64,000 nucleotides of DNA from Mantamonas sphyraenae STR306. Its lineage: Eukaryota > Protista > CRuMs. The stretch is from assembly GCA_026936335.1 (NCBI GenBank), contig JAPMXV010000034.1:62001-126000 (forward strand), given 5' to 3'. The notes beneath the pieces are model-generated. The model had not been told where the DNA came from, did not search any database, and was given only the letters and a program-made list of their open reading frames with translations. Of this stretch, positions 38,669-49,417 are shown in pieces (the first letter of the stretch is position 1; the number at the start of each line of letters is the position of its first letter). A program made the position numbers and the translations under genes.

Positions 38669-40330
38669 TCAAATCAGCGCCATGGGCAACGCGACAGCAA
38701 CATAGAGCAGCCACAAGGCATGAGCCTGCATACCACGCGTACTCCACGCCACCAGAGCACCGTACCGAACCAGAAACTGGCCTACAGGGACGATGAGAAC
38801 GGCGAGCACAAAGCGGGGCAGAATGGCTCGCATTGCAAGCAGCAAGGACACAGGCACGCCTGCAGCAAAGTTGAAGAAAATGAGAAAGATTGTGGTGGCA
38901 CAGTGCCAGGTGAGACCCACCAGATTACTGGCCTGGGACCAATGCGGATCGGACGCACGCAGTTGCAGCACAAGCACAGCCACCGACGTCACAAGGGCCA
39001 CCGCAGCCACATGCAGCGCGTCATCAAATTGGAGCATGATCACAACAGCAGCTTGCACCAGAAACAGGGCACCCAGAGTGCTTGGCCAGGGCGAGGCCGT
39101 CGTCGTTTCGGGTAGTGTGGACCGAGCAATGGCCATTCGAAGGCATGCCACGAGGGCAGAGGCAAACAGAGCCAAGGGTCCCGGAAGATACTCGCCAATG
39201 GAGATGTACTGTCCGGTGGCAGGCAGAAGGTAGTAGTAGAAGGACTGGTGCAGGTGCTCGATGACATTGCTGAGACTTCGCAACACCTTTTCCACGGTCC
39301 TTTGCAACTTCAACCCACTCCGGTGGTCGAGGGTTGTTGGCGTACAACTTTCAGACGCGTGGCTGGGCGGCACAACCAGACCCACCGTGTCCACAGCATA
39401 CCGGTTCAGTGCACCATGTGCCGAGTCCGACCCCAGTGCAAGGCCTGCTGCAAACCCCAGCAGCTGACTGTGGTCACGCAGCACCCCCGCCACATAGCTA
39501 CCCACGTAAGGTTCCAGCGAATCAATAGTCCTGTGCACCTTCTGCACGTCCTGCACGATCACACGAGTGCCCTCCGTGTGCTCAGCCACAATGCGCGCTG
39601 TGTTGATGAGGTCCAGATTGGGCAGCTGGCCGTTGTGGCCATGGGATTGGACATGCAATGCATCCATGGACGAAGCACCTGCATCCACATGCACCGCCAC
39701 GCCTGCCTGCAGCACACCGGCGAACTGGTGTTCCAGATACCAGCGCATCCACGCATCCACAGCCTGCCATGCCCCCTTTTCCGTGTCGTACAGGAGCACA
39801 ATCACGTCTCTGGACAACCATTTCACTGTGGACAGGTGTGCAGCCATTCCCATGACCAGTCCCACGTCCTGCACGTCGTCTTGCCAACCAGCACACCTCT
39901 CCAGGCCGTGCACCAATGGCACAGCCAACACCAGCGCCTCCAGCCCATCGGATCGCTTTCCGGACACCACAAAATGTGCGGTGCCATTCATCCACTGCAT
40001 TTGAACACCCATACGTGCAGCCAGGGCATCCAAAGCGGGGGTGGCAAGCGACGACGCTGCCCCACGTGCGTCCCCACTACACTGCAGCTCCATCTGTGCC
40101 TGCTTTTCCCTTTGGTACATGTGCATCAACGTAAGTGTGCCTTCCCACTGTGCTCCGCCAAACTCGCTTCTCGCCATGCCGGGAAGCAGTGCGTTTTCGC
40201 TGATGTACGTGTTCCGCCTCATGTCTGGGAGCGAGCCCAGCAGGAACAGTCCCCCAACCACACACAATAGCTGGATAAGCATGAGCACACGCTGTGCCTT
40301 GGTCTGCCTTGTCTGCTCCTGCGCCCCCAT
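38669..40330 (-). CDS. GPAA1: GPI transamidase component Gaa1
   Basis: TYISENALLPG, R.DGLEALVL, WLSRDVI, G.NGQLPNLDLIN and RSLSN.IEHLHQSFYYYLL motifs. Confidence 0.93.
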   Translation of the reverse strand: MGAQEQTRQTKAQRVLMLIQLLCVVGGLFLLGSLPDMRRNTYISENALLPGMARSEFGGAQWEGTLTLMHMYQREKQAQMELQCSGDARGAASSLATPALDALAARMGVQMQWMNGTAHFVVSGKRSDGLEALVLAVPLVHGLERCAGWQDDVQDVGLVMGMAAHLSTVKWLSRDVIVLLYDTEKGAWQAVDAWMRWYLEHQFAGVLQAGVAVHVDAGASSMDALHVQSHGHNGQLPNLDLINTARIVAEHTEGTRVIVQDVQKVHRTIDSLEPYVGSYVAGVLRDHSQLLGFAAGLALGSDSAHGALNRYAVDTVGLVVPPSHASESCTPTTLDHRSGLKLQRTVEKVLRSLSNVIEHLHQSFYYYLLPATGQYISIGEYLPGPLALFASALVACLRMAIARSTLPETTTASPWPSTLGALFLVQAAVVIMLQFDDALHVAAVALVTSVAVLVLQLRASDPHWSQASNLVGLTWHCATTIFLIFFNFAAGVPVSLLLAMRAILPRFVLAVLIVPVGQFLVRYGALVAWSTRGMQAHALWLLYVAVALPMALI

Positions 40331-40459
40331 GGCCACCAGCAACAACAACAAGCCTTGTGCTGGCGCACCCAGTGCAATCGCGCTTCATTATTGTATTCAC
40401 ATGTATGATGTACACACATATACACACAGAGAAGAATTCTCGTCACTCCCGCTTTCTCT

Positions 40460-42091
40460 TTACGTGCCTGCCAAAGAGAGGAAAGCAGCAAAGACGCGGT
40501 CGACACTCACGTGCAACCGTTTGAGCGTCAACAGCAGCTGCACAGTGACGACCAAGGACGAAGCCGTGCGCAGGACCACGGCAACTAGAAGCAGCCACGA
40601 GCCATTGGCAGCCAGAGCAATGCACCCGAGCACAGCCCCAGTCAACATGACTGCAGACAGAAACGCATCAACCTTGCCGAAGAAGTCGTAGTGATCCGAT
40701 GTGACCTGGAGAAGCACCTGCACCTCGCTGCGATGCTTCACCATCACTGTGTCTGTAAACTTGGCAAACCCAGCGGCCTCGACCGTCCCTTTGGCAGGTG
40801 CAGAGCCGCGCTGCGAAGGACTCAGCGCATCCTCCTGCTTGTTTGTGGCAAATGAGCGCTTCTCGTCCACATCCTTGAGGATATCCTGTAGCCTAATGTC
40901 CAGGAACTGCATGCAGACGGTAAACAGGAGTGGGATAATCTGCACCAAGGCCATGCTGAGCAGCCAGAACACTGTGCTTATCACAAACGCAGTGGGGATC
41001 CAGTCCATCGACTCAGAAGCAGAGGTGGACGACGACGCAGACGAAGTGGATGAACCGCCTGTGATTTGTCGCAGAGGCGTCTCGCCCGGAAGCAAGGGCA
41101 TGGCGAAAGACGAACTGGCCGCCGTGATGGTGAGGAAAATCGCAGCCAGCACCAGCGTTGTGGTGGCCACAAACACGGATTGGACGTTCATGTTGCGCCT
41201 GTCGTCGCTGGCGTCGTACACAGAGTGGGAATTGCGCTTAAAGACGGCGATGATGTTTGCATAGCCGATGGAGATCACGTACCAGCCCACAACGTACGTG
41301 ACCAGCACTTTGAAGAGCATGGCCACCTCACACCACATGAGCATGACATTGGTGAAGCGTGCGTTGAACACAGCTGCAATTCCAAGCTGGCTCACAAGAA
41401 GCACAATGACAAGGACGGGCTTGAGACCTTGCAACCACAGAGCCGTGCTGCTACGAGAAGTTTTCCTTAGCCCCAGCAGCAGCAACAGGGTGCGCAGCCA
41501 CTTGAACACCGCAACCATGTCCTCGTTGACGTAGCGGATGCGTGAGGCGTCGGAAGCCCCACCGGAATACAGCGACTCCAGCGAATTTTGCCGAGGTAGT
41601 TTGTAATTGCCGCTCAGGTCGTTGCGGGGAGAGAGATTGAGCCGCTCGATGCTTCCTGCAGCTGCAGAGGAGCTCTGCAGCTTGTTTGCCCCTGGGCTAC
41701 CTGCGCGTGTGGTTAGACTGGCCGACCGACGACGCGAATCGACTTTCAGCCTTTGCAGGGCGTTCTTCTTGGTGTGCGCGTCCGGACGACTTTCTTCCTC
41801 AACGCTTTCTCCTGCACCTCCCGTGCTCTCGTCGCCGTGTTTGTCACTTGCACTGTGCACCACCACTCGCAATTCCATGTCGTCGTCTTCATGCACCCTT
41901 TTGCCAAGGCCATCCGTGGAGCTCTCGATCCATCTTTCCACACTGCCAGGAAGATACGCTGTTTCTTCGGATTCTTCCTCGCTCAGCGCCGCTCGGCTCG
42001 ACCGCGCCGTGCTCTTTGCGCTTCGAGCACTGCGCGGTGATCCCTGTGTGGGCGATGTCTCGTCTTCAGGAGAGTCCCTCAGAAGCTCCAT
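40460..42091 (-). CDS. Multipass membrane protein, gustatory-receptor-like/DUF3537-like
   Basis: Long disordered N-terminus, a re-entrant-like WLRTLLLLLGL segment, six hydrophobic helices, and LFTVCMQFLDIRLQD...KH...LQVTSDHY. Confidence 0.55.
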   Translation of the reverse strand: MELLRDSPEDETSPTQGSPRSARSAKSTARSSRAALSEEESEETAYLPGSVERWIESSTDGLGKRVHEDDDMELRVVVHSASDKHGDESTGGAGESVEEESRPDAHTKKNALQRLKVDSRRRSASLTTRAGSPGANKLQSSSAAAGSIERLNLSPRNDLSGNYKLPRQNSLESLYSGGASDASRIRYVNEDMVAVFKWLRTLLLLLGLRKTSRSSTALWLQGLKPVLVIVLLVSQLGIAAVFNARFTNVMLMWCEVAMLFKVLVTYVVGWYVISIGYANIIAVFKRNSHSVYDASDDRRNMNVQSVFVATTTLVLAAIFLTITAASSSFAMPLLPGETPLRQITGGSSTSSASSSTSASESMDWIPTAFVISTVFWLLSMALVQIIPLLFTVCMQFLDIRLQDILKDVDEKRSFATNKQEDALSPSQRGSAPAKGTVEAAGFAKFTDTVMVKHRSEVQVLLQVTSDHYDFFGKVDAFLSAVMLTGAVLGCIALAANGSWLLLVAVVLRTASSLVVTVQLLLTLKRLHVSVDRVFAAFLSLAGT

Positions 42092-42278
42092 TGCCTGCGT
42101 GAGGGGGGGGGGGGGGGGGTTGGGGTTCGTCCCTGAGAAACGAGTTGGTGGGCCCTGGTGCAGCGAAACAGGGAAGGAATCGAGGAAGAAAAAGATGGAG
42201 AGAAGGAGCACAGCAAGAAGACGCAAGTGTGTCATGGTCATTTTCACAACGGGGATGCGCCAGTGCAGCCATCGAGAG

Positions 42279-45200
42279 ATGGAGGAGCTCCGTGAGCAGA
42301 TTCGCACCCGCTATGCTCCCACGGTGATGATCATCACCTCTCGGGGCGCCGACAAGGTGTGCGAGCGCAACCATCTCACATTCACGCAGCTGTTGCAACC
42401 GTTTGCTCGCCTCCGCTATCCTGGTATGTTGGGGCCGCTGTGAAGGACGAGCATCCTTGAAATCCCTCCGCCTGCTAACTCGTGTCTGCACCCGTCCGTC
42501 GTCACTGGCATCGCCGTGTGGTCTGCCTTCGACGTTTGTACCGCTAAACAGAACAAGTGGAAATCGTGGGCAGCGTGGTGGAGCTGGACAACTTCCGCCT
42601 TCGCTTGTTTGACGCCAGCTCGTTCGCACAGCCCAAGCCCTCAGCATCGGACGAGGTCATCGAGCGCATTGTCCGCAGCCATGGCCAGCGCTACGAAGAA
42701 CGCTATGGGCCCAACAAGCAGCCCGAGCCGATCATTCGCTCGGCCCACGACGTGCCCCGTGTGCTGGAAGGTCGGTTCCAAATCGGGCCCGTGAAGTGAA
42801 GGCCTCTTGCGCTGACCCTCTGGCCCACTTCTCTCGCCGCACAGACTATCCAAACCGCACACCCTGGTTTGACGAGTTTTCAGACTACTTTGCAGACTCT
42901 CTGCGCTGTTCCCCGCACGAGTTTCTGTCCCACCCGTGCTTCTGTGCGTTTTGTGTGTGCTTTTTTGGCCTTTGCCGCGTCGACCCTCTGCTGACCATTT
43001 CCCGGCCCGCGTGGCGCGCTGGACTCCCACACAACCCTTCCTTGCGCCCGCCCACCCCCTTCCTCGATGCACACAGGTCTGGTGGTTGTGTCCACAGAGG
43101 ATCCACAGCCTGTGATCCGGTTCAACGAGCTGTTTAGCCCGCTCAACCTGCCCGAGGTTTTCAAGGAGGGCTGGCTGGATCGGATGATCCGCCACCGCTA
43201 CGTGCTCCTTCACGATGTCACCGACGGGCCTCCAGAAACAGCAAGCAACAAGAACGACGTCTCTGTCAAGGGAATCCTCAAGAGCATCCAGTCCTCCTTT
43301 GGCAGCAACTCGTACGAGCTCCTGCGCATCAACTCCCAGCCTAAGGACGAGCCCAACCAACAGATGCTCCAATACTATCGCGACACAGTCCTGCGCCAGA
43401 CCGAGTTGTTCCGAGACGATGGCTCCAGCGGGTCTGCAGAGGGTGGAGCATCCAGCGAGGGCGGATCGTCGTCGTCGTCGTCGTCGTCGTCGTCGGCATC
43501 TGCCTCCTCTTCTGCCAGCTCTGCCACCTCCAGTCGCACTGGCAATGGGCATCCACGCACACTGGATGTGGACGCAGAGACACTGTTTGGTGAGCGGCTG
43601 AGCAAGGATGACGTCAACGCGCTGACGGGTTTCTGCGAGAAGCTGATCCGGGAGCACGTCGTGCCTGCACTCAAGGCAGTCATCAACGACAACAACGATC
43701 TGGTGCAAAGCAAACGCAACAACCTGCAGAAAATCAAAAACTTCCTCGGGTTTGGTTCCGGCGGCAATCAATCACCCGGATCGTCCAAGGAGACGAGCGC
43801 AGACGGCTCTGTGCGCTATCTTCTTACCTCGTTGGAGTCCAAGAACAGGCAACTCGCAGATTTCCAGCTGCTGCTGCAGGACTACGACGGCGCTCTGGTC
43901 AACTATGGCCAGGTGCTGGGCGACTACCGCAACCAAAAGGCGTACGTGTACCAGGCCGGCACGCAGGAGATGATGGGTGTCAGCCAGCTGATGGTCAACA
44001 TGCAGCGGCTCAATGACATCACCACCTATTTGGGCGATGCATCCAAGAACTACGCGCTGCAAGACAACTCTTCTGCTGAACGACGGTACGCAACACGTGC
44101 CAACCTGACCCTGGTCAAGGTGTTGGAAGGCGCTGACCAGTGGCGCAAGGTGGCTGACAACCTGCGCACGGTGGTTTTGGACGAGGAGGACAACCTTCGT
44201 GCTGCGCTGCTTCTTGAGCAGGCGGCACTGGCTTATTTGCGTTTCTCACCCGTGCATGCGCGAAAGTATGCCTTCCATCTCGTGCTGGCTGGACATCGCT
44301 TCAGCAAAGCCAACCAGCGCATCCATGCGCTGCGTTGCTACCGTCTAGCGCAAGCTGTGTACGATCAACACGGCTGGACCCTCATCGAAGACCACATCAG
44401 CTTCACGCTGGGCCGCCAAGCTCGGCATGTCAACAGGCTGCAGCTGGCCGTCGACTACTTTGTACAGTTGCTGGCAGTGGGACGCAAGGACCCCAAGCGC
44501 CAGAAAAGCTATCTGATGGAGTTTCTCAGCATCTTCCAGAGCCTGCTTGGCGGCGAGGCGCAGCAGGATCGCCTGGCGTTGCCAATGCCTTTGGTGGATT
44601 TCCAGCGCATTGGCGTGCTCATTGGCAACGAAACGGACGAAGGGTACCAGCTGTCGTCGCGTGTCAAGGCCAAGGTGTGGGAAGAGCTGTTTGAGCAGTT
44701 GCAGGCCGACCTCGTGCCAGACAAGGCGCAGCGCATCAGTGAAGCCAAAGAGCGCAGGTGGCAACGGCAGTATGGAGGAGTCAAAAAGAGTGACCGCGTG
44801 TCTGCCCTCAACGAGCCCATCGAGGTTGTGGTTGTCCTCAGCAACCCGCTGCACATCGAGCTGACTCTGCACCACGTCATCTTGCGCTGCGATCTGCAGC
44901 AGAACACCGACGACGCAGGGACAAGCGACGACACCTCGGCCGAAGGGCAGACGGCGTCGGGCGGTGTGAACAACGGCAGCACAAGCGACATGAAGCTTAG
45001 CAAGCAAACGGTCGTGCTTGCCCCCAAGGCGACAAAGGAGGTGCGGCTGCGTGTGACACCGCGCAAGCAAGGCCACCTGGTCATCCAAGGCATCAACTTT
45101 AGCGTGGTGGAAATGGTAAACGGCATCCAACTGAGCGTCAAGAGCGGAATCGACTTTGCGATCCGAGGTGCGCGGTTGAACAAGACCAGCGCTCACAAGC

Positions 45201-45425
45201 GAGGCGTGTACTACGACGAGGACCGACGCTGCCACATTGACGTGATCGAAGACATGCCACGCATGCATCTGGACATGGTGAACATGCCAACCAAGATCCG
45301 CGAGGGTGAGATTGTGCACTCGGAAATGCGCATCACAAACAAGGGCAGCCGAGCGATGCGGGACCTGCATGTGAAACTCAACCAAAGCACTCTTTTCTAC
45401 TTTGCAGCAAGGCAGGTGACTGGGG

Positions 45426-45460
<35 letters not shown>

Positions 45461-46780
45461 GGCGTGGCCAACGACGGAGTGGAAATGGTGGCTCGTCGTG
45501 TCCAAGACAACGACAACGAGGTGTGGCTGTCAGACACAGAGGTGAATCCGACGTGCATGTTGCTTGCAGAGACGCTGGAGCCCGAGGAGGAGGTTGTGGT
45601 CAAGTTCAGCGTGCGTGGCGACGTGGTGGGCAGCCGAGACTGCTGCATGCTGTTTCACTTTGGATGCGCAAACGCACCTGCGCAGATGCCGTTCCGACAG
45701 TACCATTGGACAAAGGAGATTCAAGTTGTGCCGTCGTTGCGTGTGCGCACCGAGGTTCTGCCCAACCACTTGGCGTTGCGTGAGCACATCCTGCGGGTGG
45801 ACATTGAAAACCCGCAGGAGCGAGAGGAGTTTCGGATCTTGCAGCTGAGCAGTCTGAGCCCGCGCTGGACTGTGGAACCGCTGAACTTTGACAAAGGCAG
45901 CCTGCGCAAGATGAGCAAGGTGGACGCAGGCGAGTGTGCCTTCAACACGCGCGTGGGACCGGGCGAGGCCACGTCGCTGCTGCTTCGCATCCGTAGCACA
46001 GGCAAACAAGTGCAGGAGGTGCAGAGTGGTTCTGGAGAGCGCCTGTGTCGCACTCACGTGACGTCTCTTGCGCTTGCAGGGGACGACGAGGCACCGATCG
46101 ACGTGCTGAGTGAGCCACACTTTGGGTTTGTAAATCAGGAGAAGCTGGTGACACGTGCGCGAGAGGAGGAGCCGCAGCAGGTCAAGAGGGGTCTGCCCAT
46201 CCACTTTAGCATGCTGGACGACTCGAGCTTCTATCCGCCGGACGTGAACAGCCTGGACGTGGTTGTGTTTTGGCGCAGCAACGGCGTGAGTAGCTCGGCA
46301 GATGGCGGAGCCACATTTGGCCAGCTGAACGCCACGGGGATCGCTGCGCTGGAGGCACAGCAGTCGGCCAGCAAGGGGATCAAGCTGGTGATTGAAATGG
46401 CATCGCAGGTGGAGCACGACTTTGGCCAAAGCAGCGTGTGCCAGGTGCCCATGCGTGTGCTGATTCGCAACTGGTCAGGAAAGCCTGTGCCACGCATGCT
46501 GTTCGAGACGCTCGAGTGCGACAGTGCGGGCAACTCGGCGCGGCACAGGTCCCACTTTTTCTTTACCGGGCGCACGACCAAAGCGATCTACAACATGGGA
46601 GTGGACGAGGAGGTGGCCATCAATCTCAAGGCGTGCTTTTGCGAACCAGGTGTGTTTAACGTCAACCGCCTTCGGGTGACAGTCAACCATCCGAGCGTGT
46701 GCAGGGGCGCAGTGGACTCGCGGGAGGTGACCACAGTGTTTTCGTATGTGGAAAAGTGGGTGGAAGTGGTCGCACAGTGA
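42279..46780 (+). CDS. TRAPPC8: TRAPP III complex subunit Trs85
   Basis: N.LTF.QLLQPF, TPWF..F, S.HEF.SHP, R.YVLLHD, RQLADF..LLQDY and RKYAFHLVLAGHRFSKA motifs; 3 introns at the 5' end. Confidence 0.95.
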
Positions 46781-46859
46781 CGGCAAGAGAGGTGACGGGA
46801 GAGAGAACTCTCCAAGATGTGAAGGGAGAGAGCAAAAATGCATGATTGGATCGATCTCT

Positions 46860-49319
46860 TCATCCTCGCAGGAAACCCGACGAATGGTTGCGCATCTCGG
46901 CGCGGTAGGGCTTGGAGCGGCTCTGCACCTTGCGCACAATAAGAACAATGACCAGGATGAGGAAAATGACGCCAACGGCACCGGTGGCGACCATGGAGAG
47001 GACAAAGAGAGTCATCTCTTCGCCTGCAAGGATGGACGGCGGACCCTCGGGTCCATAGTTGCCGGGGCCACCGCGCGGACCCAGCAGCAGGAGTGGGTTG
47101 CCCTGGAAGGCCGGGAACTTGCGGTCGCCCTGGGCCAGAGAGAGAAGGACATCGAAGCGGGGTGTTCCGATGCCTGTGCTTGCGTCCCAACCAGGGGCGG
47201 CCTTGAAGCCCGCAGGGCAGCACATGTTACCAAAGGCACTGCACCTGTTCTCGCCCTGAGTGACGTCGAAGAAGGCCTCGGGGTGCTCCTTGGCCATTTT
47301 GTACAGCCATGGGTTGATGAAGCCCATGGGCGGGAGACCACGCGCCAGACGGGCCTCGTTGAAAAGGGCAATCATGGCGGCTGTGGCCGGCGTGGAGGCG
47401 CTCGTGCCGTCGACTTGGATGTTGGTGCCGTTCCAGCGGGTGATGTAGTTGTGTCCAATGGCCGACAGATCCGGGTAGGCACGCCCCTGCTTGTTGAACA
47501 TCTTGCTGGGCGGCAGTTTGTCGCCCTGGCTCAGGTAGGCGGCCACGGCTGGGCGTTGGTAGTCGGGCATGGCAAACACGTCGCTGAAGCCACCGCCACT
47601 GGTGATGCCCGAGCCGGTGCCAGAATCGCTGACAATTTCGCCCAGGAGGGAGCACTTGAAGTCAAAGTGAAAGCTATCCTGGTTGCAGAGAGCACGTGTG
47701 TGCGTCGACCACATGGATGCACCCACGGCGGTGACGTACGGGGACGTGGGCGGGAACGAGGGACGGAAGCGGTAGCACTCGGAGACGTTTGTGCGCACGG
47801 GAGTGTCACTGACGCCATCGTCACCCGAGGCAAAGAGGATGGTCATGCCACGCAGGCCAGCAGCCATGAATTGCTGGTTCAGCGCCTGCATCTGAGCGTT
47901 GGTCATGTCAATCTCGTCGTCGCCGTACGAGACACTGTGAACGTAGATGGTCTTGGAGGAGGCCAGCACTTGCTGCATCCATACGTGGAAGGGTTCCATC
48001 TGGGCAGCCGAGCTCTCCACGCTCCAAAAGGTGGTTTCGATGCCCGGGGCCACGCCGATGATGTACTCAATGTCCAAGGTGGCCTCTCCACCCGGCTGGT
48101 TGGCAATGTTGGGGCCAATGAGCTTGATGTTGCTGAGGGCAGGGTCGATGTTGTTGTCAGCCAGGAAGTTGTCCATGTCGGCGGGGCTGTAGTACTGCTC
48201 GAGAAACTCGGCCACAGCCATGGAATTGTTGGTGGCCTTGGATCCTACGTAGGGAATGCGGTAGTAATCGCGAAGGGAGGCCGGGGTGGCCAGCTGACCA
48301 CCGTAGATGGCCACTGGGTTGACAAAGGCATCGCCTGTGGAGGCGTCGGCAAACACAGGGCGCAGGCTCAACACAATGGGCACATAGTTGCGCAACCCCT
48401 TGATGGCAGTGTTGCACACCACCGTGGAGGCATCCTGCAACTTGGCAGAGCAGATGCTGCCCCACACTCCGGGCCAGTGGCGACACTGTTTGCACATGCC
48501 CAGCGACACGGTGTGTGTCTCGTTGTGCTTCTCCTGCGTCGTGTACTCAAAGGTCACCTGGAAGGAGGCCAAGGTTGAGCCGTGGTCGGAACAGGGCTGC
48601 TGCTCGTTGGTGGAGAAGGCGCCGTCCTTGCACCGCGGGGCAATGAGCGTGGGAAGTTGCGTGTCACCGTTTCGCAGACGCAGTACCATGGGAGCAGACG
48701 AGGAGGCAGTCGGGGCACCAGCGTGGGCGTCGGCGTCGGAAGAGACAGAGACGGGGGTTGCGTCGCGATTGGTGGTGTCGATGTGGTCGTGGCTATCCAC
48801 ACGGAGTTTGAGCGCGGGGAAAGAGTCCACGCCGAAAATCACCACGCGATGTTCGGCGAGGGTTTTGTGCAGAGTAGGCTTCTGCAGCGTGCGCGTAAAC
48901 ACCTTGCCTGTGTCGCGATGACGATAGGCACGCAACTGGACGCCAAACTCGCGCTGGATGGCCTCGACAGTGGCGTCGACGGCAAAGATGTTGCCTGTGT
49001 CGGCTGCGTGGACACGGCCGTCGACGCTGAGGGCGGCGAGATGCTGCTGGACGGCACTCGACGAGGGCATTATGGAACGCAGCTGGTCGACAGAGAGGTA
49101 GCGACCGTAGCGAGGCGAGTCTGGGTTGCTGACGTCGTACAGGAGGCTTTCAAGACGCGCATGTGCATCGTCGTCGAGAGCCAAGTAGGCGTGGATGCGC
49201 AGCAGTTGGTCGGCCTGCACCGGCTGGTCGACAGGCTGCCAACCGTGGGGCAAAGGGCGCGCCTGAATGGACACTGCGAGGAAGCAGAGGCAGAGGGCGA
49301 ATGCGACGAGGCGAGCCAT
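46860..49319 (-). CDS. Sedolisin (S53) tripeptidyl-peptidase-1-like protease with a C-terminal TM anchor
   Basis: Signal peptide, activation prodomain (VSNPDSPRYGRYLS), EATLD, ASGDDG, GRAYPDLSA, GTSASTP and GWDASTGIGTP motifs. Confidence 0.92.
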   Translation of the reverse strand: MARLVAFALCLCFLAVSIQARPLPHGWQPVDQPVQADQLLRIHAYLALDDDAHARLESLLYDVSNPDSPRYGRYLSVDQLRSIMPSSSAVQQHLAALSVDGRVHAADTGNIFAVDATVEAIQREFGVQLRAYRHRDTGKVFTRTLQKPTLHKTLAEHRVVIFGVDSFPALKLRVDSHDHIDTTNRDATPVSVSSDADAHAGAPTASSSAPMVLRLRNGDTQLPTLIAPRCKDGAFSTNEQQPCSDHGSTLASFQVTFEYTTQEKHNETHTVSLGMCKQCRHWPGVWGSICSAKLQDASTVVCNTAIKGLRNYVPIVLSLRPVFADASTGDAFVNPVAIYGGQLATPASLRDYYRIPYVGSKATNNSMAVAEFLEQYYSPADMDNFLADNNIDPALSNIKLIGPNIANQPGGEATLDIEYIIGVAPGIETTFWSVESSAAQMEPFHVWMQQVLASSKTIYVHSVSYGDDEIDMTNAQMQALNQQFMAAGLRGMTILFASGDDGVSDTPVRTNVSECYRFRPSFPPTSPYVTAVGASMWSTHTRALCNQDSFHFDFKCSLLGEIVSDSGTGSGITSGGGFSDVFAMPDYQRPAVAAYLSQGDKLPPSKMFNKQGRAYPDLSAIGHNYITRWNGTNIQVDGTSASTPATAAMIALFNEARLARGLPPMGFINPWLYKMAKEHPEAFFDVTQGENRCSAFGNMCCPAGFKAAPGWDASTGIGTPRFDVLLSLAQGDRKFPAFQGNPLLLLGPRGGPGNYGPEGPPSILAGEEMTLFVLSMVATGAVGVIFLILVIVLIVRKVQSRSKPYRAEMRNHSSGFLRG

Positions 49320-49417
49320 TGCAAGCGGCAAGTTTGGGGGAATGGTTGGATCGCGAAGAGGGTGCGATGCATGGCACAAACCAATCAAACAGGCAGAGAG
49401 GGGAAGGAGAACCAAGC

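Noticed and set aside
46746-48578. Long antisense ORFs, also 1658-3151, 3632-4687, 44345-45505 and 59662-60600
   Set aside because: Stop-poor antisense frames are expected opposite GC-rich coding genes, and these have no recognisable domains.
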